63,681 nucleotides of DNA, filler included, from an uncultured Methanosarcinales archaeon (GCA_964434885.1; 5 parts of 5 records of this genome joined end to end with filler, not necessarily neighbours in it), one strand, 5' to 3'; counted from the first letter of the whole stretch, positions 29,363 to 39,028 are shown. The notes: generated from the letters alone by a model not told the origin. Translations and numbers: made by a program.

Positions 29363-29674
29363 ATGAACTTAATAACATTATTTGCAGGAGCCGGACTATT
29401 CGTAACGGCAGGAGATCTCATCTTGGCCCAATGGGCCAGGACTAGCAATTGGTCTTTGTTAGCTATTGGCCTGGTCCTTAATTTATTAGGGATTGTTTGT
29501 TATGCCAACACCCTTCGTTTTACTGGAGTAGGAATAGCTACCGCAATATTCCTTGGGGTAAATATTTTAGCAGTTGCTCTAGGAGGAATGTTATTTTTTC
29601 GAGAGACTCTTTCCTTCAGGACAATTGCAGGATTGGTTTTTTTGTTGACTGCGATAGTGTTGGTAGAGGTGTAA
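29363..29674 (+). CDS. SMR/DMT-family small 4-TM transporter
   Basis: 103 aa, four TM helices, G..FF.E.LS....G..L motif; contains no Lys. Confidence 0.85.
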   Translation: MNLITLFAGAGLFVTAGDLILAQWARTSNWSLLAIGLVLNLLGIVCYANTLRFTGVGIATAIFLGVNILAVALGGMLFFRETLSFRTIAGLVFLLTAIVLVEV

Positions 29675-29712
29675 TCTAGTCAAATAGACTTAAAATGTGG
29701 AGATAACAGAAA

Positions 29713-30780
29713 ATGACAACACAATTAATTGATCAAGTAATAGTTGGAAGTTCCGACCAAGAAATATTATTTAGAGGGTCACCTTTATATTGGGAAACAA
29801 CAAGAAATACTAGTTTAGGAATTAATGAATTAGATTTTCTTTCAATTAATCTTAGACCTATTTGCAATTATCGTTGTGAGTCTTGTTTTTCAGGAATGGG
29901 CACGCCTCAGGAAATAACTGGAACTTTGACTACAGAAGAAATACAAAATTTGATTAGCCAAGCTAGAGAATTAGGGGTTTTATCTATTGAAATTTCTGGA
30001 GAAGGAGAACCTTTGGTAGACCGAAGAAGACTTGAAGAAATAATTCAGTACAATAATCAACTAGGGATCATTACTACTCTTTTTTCTAATGGGTCATTAC
30101 TAGATAGAGAAATTTTAGAATACTTTGCTGATAACAATGTTTCTTTAGCAATTAGTATGGATTATTTTGATCAAAGTGATTACGAACAACATAATTGTCA
30201 AGATGGGTCGTTTGATAACATAATGCGAAATATCAATTTAGCTAGGGAAATTTATTCTCAACATCAAGAAGAAGAAAATGATTATCAAATCAGAAGATTG
30301 GCTATTCATTCAGTGGCTAATGCTAGAAATTTAAATCAGCTTCATTTAATTGCAGAATTTTGTGCTGAAGATATATTTTACAGTATTGCCCCATTAGCTA
30401 ATGTTGGTAACGCAACTGAACATCCTGAATTAATTCAAATGGATCAAGAAAGTATACAACAGATTATTAGTAAGTACTCTGATGGAAATTTAATTTTGTC
30501 AGATTCAGCAAGAGAAGAACACGGTCAAGATTTGTGTGGAACTTTCATTTATGGAATTGGTATTAGGCATGATGGTGAAGTGTTGTTTGATGCTCATGCA
30601 TTTGATACTGCTGGGATAATTGGAAATATTAGGGATTTTGAATTAAGAAATTTAATCCAAAGACAGAGAGAAGTTAGAACTTTATTTTATGAACAGTTTG
30701 CTACTTCTGGATTTTGTCCTTTAAGAGATCCCAACTATCAAACTTTTGTCCAACATCTCATGGGTGGTTTAGATGTGTGA
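29713..30780 (+). CDS. Radical SAM enzyme (Lys-depleted)
   Basis: CNYRCESC, SGEGEPL and SNG motifs; Twitch-like C-terminal Cys; one Lys in 355 aa. Confidence 0.9.
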   Translation: MTTQLIDQVIVGSSDQEILFRGSPLYWETTRNTSLGINELDFLSINLRPICNYRCESCFSGMGTPQEITGTLTTEEIQNLISQARELGVLSIEISGEGEPLVDRRRLEEIIQYNNQLGIITTLFSNGSLLDREILEYFADNNVSLAISMDYFDQSDYEQHNCQDGSFDNIMRNINLAREIYSQHQEEENDYQIRRLAIHSVANARNLNQLHLIAEFCAEDIFYSIAPLANVGNATEHPELIQMDQESIQQIISKYSDGNLILSDSAREEHGQDLCGTFIYGIGIRHDGEVLFDAHAFDTAGIIGNIRDFELRNLIQRQREVRTLFYEQFATSGFCPLRDPNYQTFVQHLMGGLDV

Positions 30781-31630
30781 GCAAACAGAACAAATTGAAA
30801 CAATAATCCAACAACATCTCAATGGAAATTATTCGGATTCATTAACTCGGTTTAGTTATTTGAATGGGGGAGCAGAACAATTTATTAGATTAACTCAAAA
30901 TCCAGATTATACTAGTTATGATCGAGAATTAAATTTAATTCAAAATGTTTTACCCTTTCTTCAAAATTTAGATAGTTTACAAATAATTGATTTTGGGGTG
31001 GGTGATGGTCGAAAGATGAATTTGATAATTCCTAACTTATCGAATGTATCTTATCTTGGCCTAGATATCAGTCCTGCCATGATTGATTTTGCTCGAGATG
31101 ATAATAACTATAGAACCAACTATTTCCTTTATGATTTTAGTGATGTTGCAGAATTACAGAATCTCTTTCATTCATTACCACAACCTCGTTTGATAACAAT
31201 GCTGGGAAACACAATCACTAATGAAATTGATGTGGGAAATTATTTAGAATCTCTGAGAACATTAGATTCAAATTATTTGTTGATTGGTTTGGAATTATTC
31301 CAAGATAATACGGATGAAATAGTCAGAGAATATAGATCTGAAGAGAACTATAATCTCACATTTAAACCATTAGAAATGATTGGAATTCCAAGAAGCCATG
31401 GAGATATAGAAATAAATTATAATTCTGAACAGCAAAGAATTGAAGAATGGTTTGTTTTTAATACCTCTGGACAAATAAAAGATATTCAATATCGATCTGG
31501 AGATCAGATTTTATTATCTGTCACCCATAAACCAACTTTTGAACAAATCCAAGAGATAATTCATAATAGTGGGTGGAATGAAGAAGTAACAATAGTAGAT
31601 GAAAGTTATGCTTTATTTTTACTTTCATAA
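30773..31630 (+). CDS. EgtD-like (Methyltransf_33) amino-acid N-methyltransferase
   Basis: DFGVGDG.K, LDIS..M, LGNT..N, LIG.EL and YN....RIE pattern typical of the EgtD family. Confidence 0.8.
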   Translation: MCEQTEQIETIIQQHLNGNYSDSLTRFSYLNGGAEQFIRLTQNPDYTSYDRELNLIQNVLPFLQNLDSLQIIDFGVGDGRKMNLIIPNLSNVSYLGLDISPAMIDFARDDNNYRTNYFLYDFSDVAELQNLFHSLPQPRLITMLGNTITNEIDVGNYLESLRTLDSNYLLIGLELFQDNTDEIVREYRSEENYNLTFKPLEMIGIPRSHGDIEINYNSEQQRIEEWFVFNTSGQIKDIQYRSGDQILLSVTHKPTFEQIQEIIHNSGWNEEVTIVDESYALFLLS

Positions 31631-31640
31631 AATTCTTGAG

Positions 31641-32093
31641 TCATTTCTCATGAATAACTACCAAAGACTGTGTCTTGTCAATCCCTTTTATTTTTTGTAA
31701 TTTTTTTAACAAGAAATTATCATATGCTTCAACATCTTTAATTCTAACTCTCACTACAATATCTGTTCCTCCAGTAACTACATCAACTTTGGTAATCTCT
31801 GGCAGCCTTTTCAATTCTTGTGCTAGCTGATGTTGATCTTTCTTTAATTCTCTTAATAATTTATAGTCAACAGAAACCATAATAATTACCGAAAAACCTT
31901 TCTCGACTTTTTTATGATCTAGATCAATAGTAAATTTCTTAATAATCTTTTCTTTCTTTAATTTTCTTATCCGATTATGGATAGTAGTTACCGGCAATAA
32001 TGTCTTTTTAGCGATCTGCCGAGTAGTATAATCTCCGTGTTCTTCCAAAACTTCAATGATTTTTTGGTCTTTCTCGTCTAATTTATAGCCCAT
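31641..32093 (-). CDS. Lrp/AsnC-family transcriptional regulator
   Basis: LDEKD.KI...L, IA.......T.HNRI.KL and VTG..D motifs; divergent from the asnA operon. Confidence 0.93.
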   Translation of the reverse strand: MGYKLDEKDQKIIEVLEEHGDYTTRQIAKKTLLPVTTIHNRIRKLKKEKIIKKFTIDLDHKKVEKGFSVIIMVSVDYKLLRELKKDQHQLAQELKRLPEITKVDVVTGGTDIVVRVRIKDVEAYDNFLLKKLQKIKGIDKTQSLVVIHEK

Positions 32094-32095
32094 AA

Positions 32096-32111
32096 TGGAA
32101 CAAATGTTCCA
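32096..32111. promoter_or_regulatory. Palindromic operator candidate (AsnC/Lrp box)
   Basis: TGGAACA-AA-TGTTCCA, with further TTCC-N7/8-GGA(A) sites in the same intergenic region. Confidence 0.5.
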
Positions 32112-32261
32112 AATAGTATATAAATCTTTCTATTTTTTATCATATTTTCCATTATTTTGGAGATATACTTATTAATAAATTCCCCTTTTGGAATAGTATA
32201 ACTAAAAAAGATACGTAACGGATGTCTAAGACATCTAATCGATCTACCGGAGGAAAATAAA

Positions 32262-32762
32262 ATGACAACAGATTTTACAATTTACACAAAAATAACAGCG
32301 CCTGATTGCACCAGTTTAGGATGGGCTATCGGAGATGCAACTGGGGAAAGAGCGGCCAAAACTAGATATTGTGGGGGAGCCACTGGAATTAGAGCGGTAA
32401 TTGTTGATACAAGTAAAGTATCTCCCGAAACTGCAGCAAGCTTTACCCCAAAATCTATTGATCGTATTGAAGGGTTATATTTAGGGGCAGAAAAGATGGT
32501 TTCTGAATTAGATAGACATTTGCCAACTGGTAGTATTATTAGTTTGCGAGGAAGCTGGGCCCCTTGGGAATTAGGAAGTTCTTGGATGCCTGGTTATGGA
32601 GAAAGACCCATAGAAGAAAGGAGATTTCTTGAGGAAGCATTATCTAGTTCTCATTTGGCCGATTTTTTTCCAGTTGGGGCAGCAGATAGGGAAACTAGGA
32701 TTATGGGAATTATCCCAGAATATATCAAAGCCAGTAGCTTAAAATTGGAGGAAATAAAATGA
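32262..32762 (+). CDS. Hypothetical protein, first gene of the asnA operon (no Asn or Gln)
   Basis: GGAGG SD; 166 aa. Confidence 0.75.
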   Translation: MTTDFTIYTKITAPDCTSLGWAIGDATGERAAKTRYCGGATGIRAVIVDTSKVSPETAASFTPKSIDRIEGLYLGAEKMVSELDRHLPTGSIISLRGSWAPWELGSSWMPGYGERPIEERRFLEEALSSSHLADFFPVGAADRETRIMGIIPEYIKASSLKLEEIK

Positions 32763-32875
32763 AATCAGAAATCGATAAAAAATATAAAGAAGAATGTAGC
32801 ACTTTGTTAGAAATCAGAGAAGAGATTGAATCAAAGACAACATCTGGAATGCTGCCTTGGCGTAGTATTTCATAA
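32759..32875 (+). CDS. 38-aa small protein in the asnA operon (no Asn)
   Basis: GGAGG SD and ATGA overlap; MKSEIDKKYKEECSTLLEIREEIESKTTSGMLPWRSIS. Confidence 0.55.
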   Translation: MKSEIDKKYKEECSTLLEIREEIESKTTSGMLPWRSIS

Positions 32876-32893
32876 AAAAGGAGGAATAATAAA

Positions 32894-33922
32894 ATGAAAA
32901 TCTTACCACAAACATACAAACCAAAACTAGATTTTTTCGAAACTGAAAAAGCAATTAAGTTAGTGAAAGATACATTCGAGAAAAAACTAGCGGATAAACT
33001 GAAATTACTAAGAGTTTCTGCTCCTAGGTTCCTAAAAACTGGAAAAGGTTTACAAGATGATTTAGCTGGAACACAAACCCCTGTTGGTTTTAAAGTTGGT
33101 TTTACTGACAAGCGCTTAGAAATAGTTCATAGTTTAGCGAAGTGGAAAAGATTTGCTCTAGGAAAATATGGTTTCAAATTAGGTACTGGTCTGTATACAG
33201 ACATGGATGCTATCAGAAAAGATGAAGAACCTGATGCAATTCATAGTTTGTATGTTGATCAATGGGATTGGGAAAGAGTAATTTCTAAAGAAGAAAGATC
33301 AATTCCTTTTCTCAAAGATATTGTCAAAAAAATTTACGAAGCCTTACTAGAAACAGAGTCAAAAGTAGAAACCATTTTCCCTACACTCTCAGCTAGCCTA
33401 CCAAAAGAAATCACTTTCATTCACTCAGAAGAAGCAGAAGGACTCTATCTAAAATTATCTCCCAAAGAAAGAGAATCTGCTTTAGCCAAAGAATATGGTG
33501 CAGTTTTTCTAATTGGTATTGGTCACCCATTAAAATCTGGAGAACCGCACGATTTAAGAGCAGCTGACTATGATGATTGGTCTACAGAGACTTTAGCAGG
33601 CAAAAGAGGCTTGTGCGGAGATATCTTGGTCTGGGATAAAGTAAGAGAAGAAGTCTTAGAATTGTCTTCGATGGGAATCAGAGTTGACGCCTCAGCATTA
33701 TTAAAACAATTAGAAATGATGGACTTAATCCAAAAAAAAGAATTAGATTTTCACAAAGCAGTAATCGATGATAAAATTCCTTTATCTATTGGTGGGGGAA
33801 TTGGACAATCTCGGATCTGTATGTTTTTGTTACAAAAAGCCCATATTGGAGAAGTACAAAGCTCAGTTTGGCCAAGAGTAGTTGTGGAAGAGTTTGAAAA
33901 GAAGAAGATTCCTTTACTTTAA
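32894..33922 (+). CDS. asnA: Aspartate--ammonia ligase (asparagine synthetase A)
   Basis: EIVHSLAKWKR, HS.YVDQWDWE, HD.RA.DYDDW, ELSSMGIRVD and IGGGIGQSR motifs. Confidence 0.96.
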   Translation: MKILPQTYKPKLDFFETEKAIKLVKDTFEKKLADKLKLLRVSAPRFLKTGKGLQDDLAGTQTPVGFKVGFTDKRLEIVHSLAKWKRFALGKYGFKLGTGLYTDMDAIRKDEEPDAIHSLYVDQWDWERVISKEERSIPFLKDIVKKIYEALLETESKVETIFPTLSASLPKEITFIHSEEAEGLYLKLSPKERESALAKEYGAVFLIGIGHPLKSGEPHDLRAADYDDWSTETLAGKRGLCGDILVWDKVREEVLELSSMGIRVDASALLKQLEMMDLIQKKELDFHKAVIDDKIPLSIGGGIGQSRICMFLLQKAHIGEVQSSVWPRVVVEEFEKKKIPLL

Positions 33923-33959
33923 CCATAACTTTATATATTGTTTTTATTTTATTTATACT

Positions 33960-34229
33960 ATGATGAATGCAAAAGAAGTTGAGAATGAAATTAGTCAAAT
34001 AAAAGTTAGAAATAAAAAAGTTGAAAGAGACAAGGCTTGGGAAACAAGTTGGTCAAGGAAAGTTTTAATAGTGATTTTAACATATATTGTAATCGTCATC
34101 TTTTTTTACTTTGCTGGATTACCAAAACCATTCATCAATTCAATTGTTCCTGCAGTAGCTTTTGTCTTATCCACAGCCACATTACCACTTTTTAAGAAAT
34201 GGTGGTTAAATATAATTTACAGGAAGTAA
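33960..34229 (+). CDS. Small two-TM membrane protein
   Basis: RN.KVE.DKAWETSW.R followed by two TM helices. Confidence 0.75.
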   Translation: MMNAKEVENEISQIKVRNKKVERDKAWETSWSRKVLIVILTYIVIVIFFYFAGLPKPFINSIVPAVAFVLSTATLPLFKKWWLNIIYRK

Positions 34230-34263
34230 AATTTTATAAAAACAAACAAAATAACTAAGAAAA

Positions 34264-35559
34264 ATGAAATTCCAATCAATTCAAGAAGCTATGAAAAAAG
34301 GTTCAGGTCAAGTATCAATTCGAGGTTGGGTACACCGAGAAAGAGGTTCTAACAAATTAAAATTTATTGTTTTAAGAGATGTTTCTAATACCATTCAATG
34401 TGTTTTGAAAAGAGATCAGTTTGAACAAGAATGGGAAGAAATTGATAAAATTCAAATTGAAACTTCTATAGAAATCACAGGAGAAATCAAAAAAGACGAA
34501 AGAGCCCCTACTGGATATGAAATCCAAGTTAAAGAATTTAAAATCGTCGGAAAAAGCGACAATTACCCAATTACTAAAGATCAATCTGTAGAATTTCTAG
34601 CAGACAACCGACATCTATGGTTAAGATCTAGAAAGATGACTAATATCTTAAAAATCAGAAGTACAGTCTTTCAAGCCATTGATGAATATTTTAAGAAAGA
34701 AAACTTTTACGAATACCATTCACCTATTTTTCAATCAGTTCAGTGTGAAGGTGGATCAACATTATTCAATGTACCTTATTACAACAAAAAAGGAGTTTTT
34801 CTAGGACAAACCTGGCAACTATACGCCGAACCAGCCATTTTCGCACTAGAAAAAATTTACACCATTTCTCCTTCTTTCCGAGCTGAAAAAAGCAGAACTA
34901 GTAGACATCTTTCCGAATACTGGCATGCTGAAATGGAAGCCGCCTGGATTACTTTTGATCAATTACAAGATTACGGTGAAGCGTTAGTTAAATATGTATT
35001 CAAAAAAGTACTAGATACCAATCAAAAAGAATTGGAAGAATTAGGCAGAGATCTCAAAAAAATCAAACCAATTATTGAAAAACCATTCAAAAGAATGACT
35101 TACACTGAAGCAATTGAACTTCTAGATAAGAAATGTGATATGAAAGTAGCTTGGGGAAAAGATTTGAGAACTATTGAAGAAGACAAACTTACTAGTCTTT
35201 ACGATGTCCCTATCATTGTTACTAGGTATCCAAAAGAAGTTAAGGCTTTTTACATGACTGAAGATCCAGAAGATCCAAGAGTGGTTTTAGGATTTGATTT
35301 ATTAGCTCCAGAAGGTCACGGAGAAATCATTGGTGCTTCCGATCGAGAACCAGATATAGAAAAAATCAAACAAAGATTGAAAGAAGATAACGAAGATCCT
35401 AAAGAATACACTTTTTACTTAGATACTAGAAAGTATGGGTCTGTCCCTCACGCTGGTTTTGGTCTAGGAGTAGAAAGAGTTATTAAGTGGGTTTGTGGTT
35501 TGGATAACATCAAAGACACTATTCCTTTTCCGAGAACGATGGAGAGATATAGACCTTAA
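34264..35559 (+). CDS. asnS: Asparaginyl-tRNA synthetase
   Basis: OB-fold RGWV, RHLWLRS, EGGSTLF, FRAEKSRTSRHL.EYW..E and PHAGFGLG.ER motifs. Confidence 0.93.
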   Translation: MKFQSIQEAMKKGSGQVSIRGWVHRERGSNKLKFIVLRDVSNTIQCVLKRDQFEQEWEEIDKIQIETSIEITGEIKKDERAPTGYEIQVKEFKIVGKSDNYPITKDQSVEFLADNRHLWLRSRKMTNILKIRSTVFQAIDEYFKKENFYEYHSPIFQSVQCEGGSTLFNVPYYNKKGVFLGQTWQLYAEPAIFALEKIYTISPSFRAEKSRTSRHLSEYWHAEMEAAWITFDQLQDYGEALVKYVFKKVLDTNQKELEELGRDLKKIKPIIEKPFKRMTYTEAIELLDKKCDMKVAWGKDLRTIEEDKLTSLYDVPIIVTRYPKEVKAFYMTEDPEDPRVVLGFDLLAPEGHGEIIGASDREPDIEKIKQRLKEDNEDPKEYTFYLDTRKYGSVPHAGFGLGVERVIKWVCGLDNIKDTIPFPRTMERYRP

Positions 35560-38477
35560 CGAATCAAATAACCTTTATCTTTTCTCAAAAAAGAAACTGC
35601 CAACTCTAATTTAAATTTATTCTCAGCATAAACAGTGTAAAGAATATCTCCTTTTTTCACTTTATCTCCTACTTTGCGATTGATATACATTCCTGCCCCT
35701 TTATCCCCTGGTGCTCCAGCAATTCTGGCAATCTTAGCAATAATTTTGTTGTCAATTCCTTTAATTTTACCTGCCTTATTACTTTTAATTATTCGTTTAA
35801 ACTCCCCTACCTTCACTCTTCTCACTCTTCCTTGGGATTTGATAATCTGGTTCATTTTAACTAATGCTTTACCAGATTCTAATATCTCTGAAGCTTTGGC
35901 AATACCTTGACGTAAAGAGTATTTACCAGTCATTTTTAACAAAGTTCCAGCCATATACAAAGCTTTCTTTTTCAAATCCTCTGGCGCTAAAACATCATCT
36001 TTAAGCACCGCCATTACATCTAAAGATTCTAATAAAGGACCAATTCCAAAACCGATTGGTTGGGTTCCATCAGTAATAATCACTTTTACTTTCATATCTA
36101 ATTTTTCACCAATCTTCTCAAACATTTTCTTCAAACGCTTTGCTTGTTGTCGATTCTTGGCTTTTACTTGCGGACCCATGGGGATGTCAATCAAAACATA
36201 ATTCGCAGAAACAGAATATTTTTTAGCCATTACTGAAGCTAACAATTGTCCTTCCGCATCAATTGACAAAGGATGTTCCACTTCAATAATCTTATCGTCA
36301 GCTGGAGCTAGATTCATTGATCCACCATGAACAACACAAGCCCCAGTTTTTCTAATCACTTCTTTAATTTTATTCTGAGATAATTCTACTTTCGCTAAAC
36401 ATTCCATTGTATCTGCAGTTCCGGCCGGAGAAGTGATTGCCCGAGAACTGGTTTTGGGAACAGTAAAACCAGCAGCTGCTAAAATTGGGATAACTAACAT
36501 GGTTGTTCTATTTCCAGGAACTCCCCCGATACAATTATGGACAGCCATCGGAGCGGTTCCAGCCATGAATTTATTATATCCTTCCACATAAAAATCATAA
36601 ACATGCTTAGTATCTGAGTCAATTGTTCTATTCTCTTTCACGGGTAAAACAGATAGATTTCCATTGACAAATTTTTGAATATCTGGGCTGGGAAAAGCAT
36701 AATAAAAATCTTTAAGCTTGTTTTTTGTAATGAATTTTTGTCTTTTCAAAGTTCTTCTAAATTCCCAACCGACATTTTTATCTTCTACTGGCCCTAATTC
36801 ATTAATTGGAAGTAAATTAACAAAAGATACATTTGCCTTTTCTCTTTTGCCATAGATCTCTCTGGCTTGAGTATAAATATAAAAACTTTCTCCAACAGCA
36901 TATTCACCAGTCGGAAACATTCTTTTCCCTTTGCCTTTGTAAGACAAAGAAACAGAAATTCCCAATAATGAGAGTAAATATTGTAAATCCAAATACAATT
37001 GTTTGGATGCAGTAACATAAATGGCTTCATAACCTCTCCGAACATAACCATCACATTTAAACAATGCTTGCAAAAATTCTAATTGCAACTCTCTGTCTAA
37101 ATCAAAAACAAATGAAGGGATATTTTTTTCTAAAGCATTCTTTCCAGCTTTTATCCTTTCATTAAATAATTTTGATGTTAGCTGTGAATAAACAGTAACT
37201 CTAGTAGCAGTTTCATGAGGAATATTGATTGTTGGGCTAAAACCTAGGACTTTTTCTACACACTTTTTTGCATCTTCAATAAGATCTTTTTCATGAGAAC
37301 CAAAGTTAAGATAAATTCCTTGATCATTTGTAAAACCTTCAGCAATATAATAGGCCAACAACTTGACAAATTCTGAATTGATTTTTATATTTTCAAATCT
37401 TTTATGTCTTCCATTTTCAAACCAGTTTTCATCAATTTCAATCTCTTGCAAAGGAGAGGAATACTTCTCGAAGCCAGTGGGAACAACCACAAAATCATTT
37501 TGATTTAAGTCTTTAGCTGGAATATTTGTTATTTTTCCATTTTTCAGAGTAAACACAGTATGATCGGAAGTAATTTTGATTTTTCTGTTTCCTAACAAAG
37601 TTATTTCTTGTAGTTTTTTTGGAGATTTTACTCTGAAAAAACCGGAAACTGGAGCAAATTTTACCTTGCCATTTCCTTCAAAGGTTAAAACTTGAATATT
37701 TTTTGGATTTTTTTCTAAATACTCAGCTCCATCCTTCCAAGTAACATCCTCTGGGCTATTTTCGAAGAGATTGTCAATTACATGTCCAATATTTCTAATC
37801 TTGACTTTGGAACTATTTCGAATTATAACTGGAACNNNNNNNNNNTCAGCAGTTCCAGCAGGACTAGTAATAGCACGAGAGCTAGTTTTTGGCATTGTTA
37901 ATCCAAGCGAAGCGACAATTGGAATAATAATCATAGAAGTCCTATTGTTAGGTACTCCTCCGATACAGTGTTTGTCTAAAGTTAATCCAGGAAATTTTAA
38001 TTTCTGACCAGTATTTACCATGGCTTTAGTCATGTCGATTACTTCATCCACATGCCAACCATGAACAAAACCCGCAGAAACAAAATAGGTTTTTTCAATA
38101 TCTGTTAAACGATCATGAGTGATATCATCAATAATATGGAAGATATCTTGGTAACTTAATTTTTTACCAAATAATTTTTCTCTAATATGGATAACTGATT
38201 CTGGCTTACCGGTAAATTTTAGAGTGATTGTAGCTCCTCTTTTAATTTTTAATTTATCTAGAACTTCTTCAAACAATCCAATTTTTCCAACCGGTACTGC
38301 TTTTTTACTTTCAGAAATATCTAATACGCAAGTAGTTTCGTGTTTTCCATTCCGAACTACAACCCGGTCTCCAGAACTTAAATCTAAACGTTCTGCATCT
38401 TTAATATTTAGAATGGCGATTAGAATACCTCCACTAGTAATATCCATATCCTTTACTTTAAATTTCATATTCGCCAT
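35556..38477 (-). CDS. AMP phosphorylase (thymidine phosphorylase family) with intein; spans a gap and looks chimeric
   Basis: DKHCIGGVP, PKTSSRAITSPAGTAD, LAPADD and QP.G..IGP.LE motifs; the post-insertion extein segment appears twice. Confidence 0.88.
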   Translation of the reverse strand: MANMKFKVKDMDITSGGILIAILNIKDAERLDLSSGDRVVVRNGKHETTCVLDISESKKAVPVGKIGLFEEVLDKLKIKRGATITLKFTGKPESVIHIREKLFGKKLSYQDIFHIIDDITHDRLTDIEKTYFVSAGFVHGWHVDEVIDMTKAMVNTGQKLKFPGLTLDKHCIGGVPNNRTSMIIIPIVASLGLTMPKTSSRAITSPAGTAXXXXVPVIIRNSSKVKIRNIGHVIDNLFENSPEDVTWKDGAEYLEKNPKNIQVLTFEGNGKVKFAPVSGFFRVKSPKKLQEITLLGNRKIKITSDHTVFTLKNGKITNIPAKDLNQNDFVVVPTGFEKYSSPLQEIEIDENWFENGRHKRFENIKINSEFVKLLAYYIAEGFTNDQGIYLNFGSHEKDLIEDAKKCVEKVLGFSPTINIPHETATRVTVYSQLTSKLFNERIKAGKNALEKNIPSFVFDLDRELQLEFLQALFKCDGYVRRGYEAIYVTASKQLYLDLQYLLSLLGISVSLSYKGKGKRMFPTGEYAVGESFYIYTQAREIYGKREKANVSFVNLLPINELGPVEDKNVGWEFRRTLKRQKFITKNKLKDFYYAFPSPDIQKFVNGNLSVLPVKENRTIDSDTKHVYDFYVEGYNKFMAGTAPMAVHNCIGGVPGNRTTMLVIPILAAAGFTVPKTSSRAITSPAGTADTMECLAKVELSQNKIKEVIRKTGACVVHGGSMNLAPADDKIIEVEHPLSIDAEGQLLASVMAKKYSVSANYVLIDIPMGPQVKAKNRQQAKRLKKMFEKIGEKLDMKVKVIITDGTQPIGFGIGPLLESLDVMAVLKDDVLAPEDLKKKALYMAGTLLKMTGKYSLRQGIAKASEILESGKALVKMNQIIKSQGRVRRVKVGEFKRIIKSNKAGKIKGIDNKIIAKIARIAGAPGDKGAGMYINRKVGDKVKKGDILYTVYAENKFKLELAVSFLRKDKGYLIR
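36534..37835 (-). mobile_element. Intein with LAGLIDADG homing endonuclease, inserted at the KH|CIGG site; N-terminal residues lost in the gap
   Basis: Block B IT.DH.VF, LAYYIAEG and FLQALFKCDG blocks, block F VYDFYV, and terminal HN followed by Cys+1. Confidence 0.92.
37836..37845. other. 10-N scaffold gap within the AMP phosphorylase
   Basis: N run without linker. Confidence 0.95.
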
Positions 38478-38506
38478 CTTTAATTATAAAAAAAGAAAAA
38501 AAATAA

Positions 38507-38881
38507 TTACTTTTTAGCCATCACAAAGACAGACTTCAAAGCAACAATTATGGTAGCAGGAATAAACAAAGTTAGTATTCCTTTTAAGATGTTTAAGATT
38601 GTCGGAGCTAATCCTTTAAAGATTCCTACTTGAATCCCTAAAAAAGATACTAATACCAAAATAGTACTACTGGTTAAAAAAGCACCAACTTCAGAAGCAC
38701 CAACATTTAGTAAACCCACTACAATCCCTAATCCAAAGACAACCCATAGAACCGTTCCTTGGTATTGTCCACTTAAACCTAATCCTAAGATTATTGCTAA
38801 GACCAGACCAACCAAAAAAGACCAACTCCCTAAAAGATTTTGACCTCGAATTAGTTCCCGATTTATTTTTTTCTTAGCCAT
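38507..38881 (-). CDS. Four-TM membrane protein
   Basis: G.W.F..G...A, G..VGLLN...E...FL and PA..IVALK motifs. Confidence 0.8.
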   Translation of the reverse strand: MAKKKINRELIRGQNLLGSWSFLVGLVLAIILGLGLSGQYQGTVLWVVFGLGIVVGLLNVGASEVGAFLTSSTILVLVSFLGIQVGIFKGLAPTILNILKGILTLFIPATIIVALKSVFVMAKK

Positions 38882-38980
38882 GAAATATCACCTCTTTTAA
38901 TTAAGTAAATTTTTTCCATTTATAATGATTTTGTTTTGTTTGGAAAAGTTTTATAAATAATCTCTAGATTTAAGATATAT

Positions 38981-39028
38981 CCCTTCATAGTTCAGTGGCT
39001 AGAACGCCCGGCTGTAGAAACTTTTTGG
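38981..39028 (+). tRNA. tRNA-Tyr(GUA), intron-containing; truncated by gap
   Basis: CCCTTCATAGTTCAGTGGCTAGAACG-CCCGG-CT GTA G then intron start; C1 is typical of archaeal tRNA-Tyr. Confidence 0.8.

Noticed and set aside
27598..30780. Either radical SAM gene as the missing QueE of the que cluster
   Set aside because: Neither shows QueE-like size or the F.R..GC motif, and both lie on a different contig.
32725..33111. 128-aa minus-strand ORF, and similar antisense ORFs over nnrD, nusA, asnS, the amidase, U32 and RHS genes
   Set aside because: They are antisense shadows of well-supported genes.
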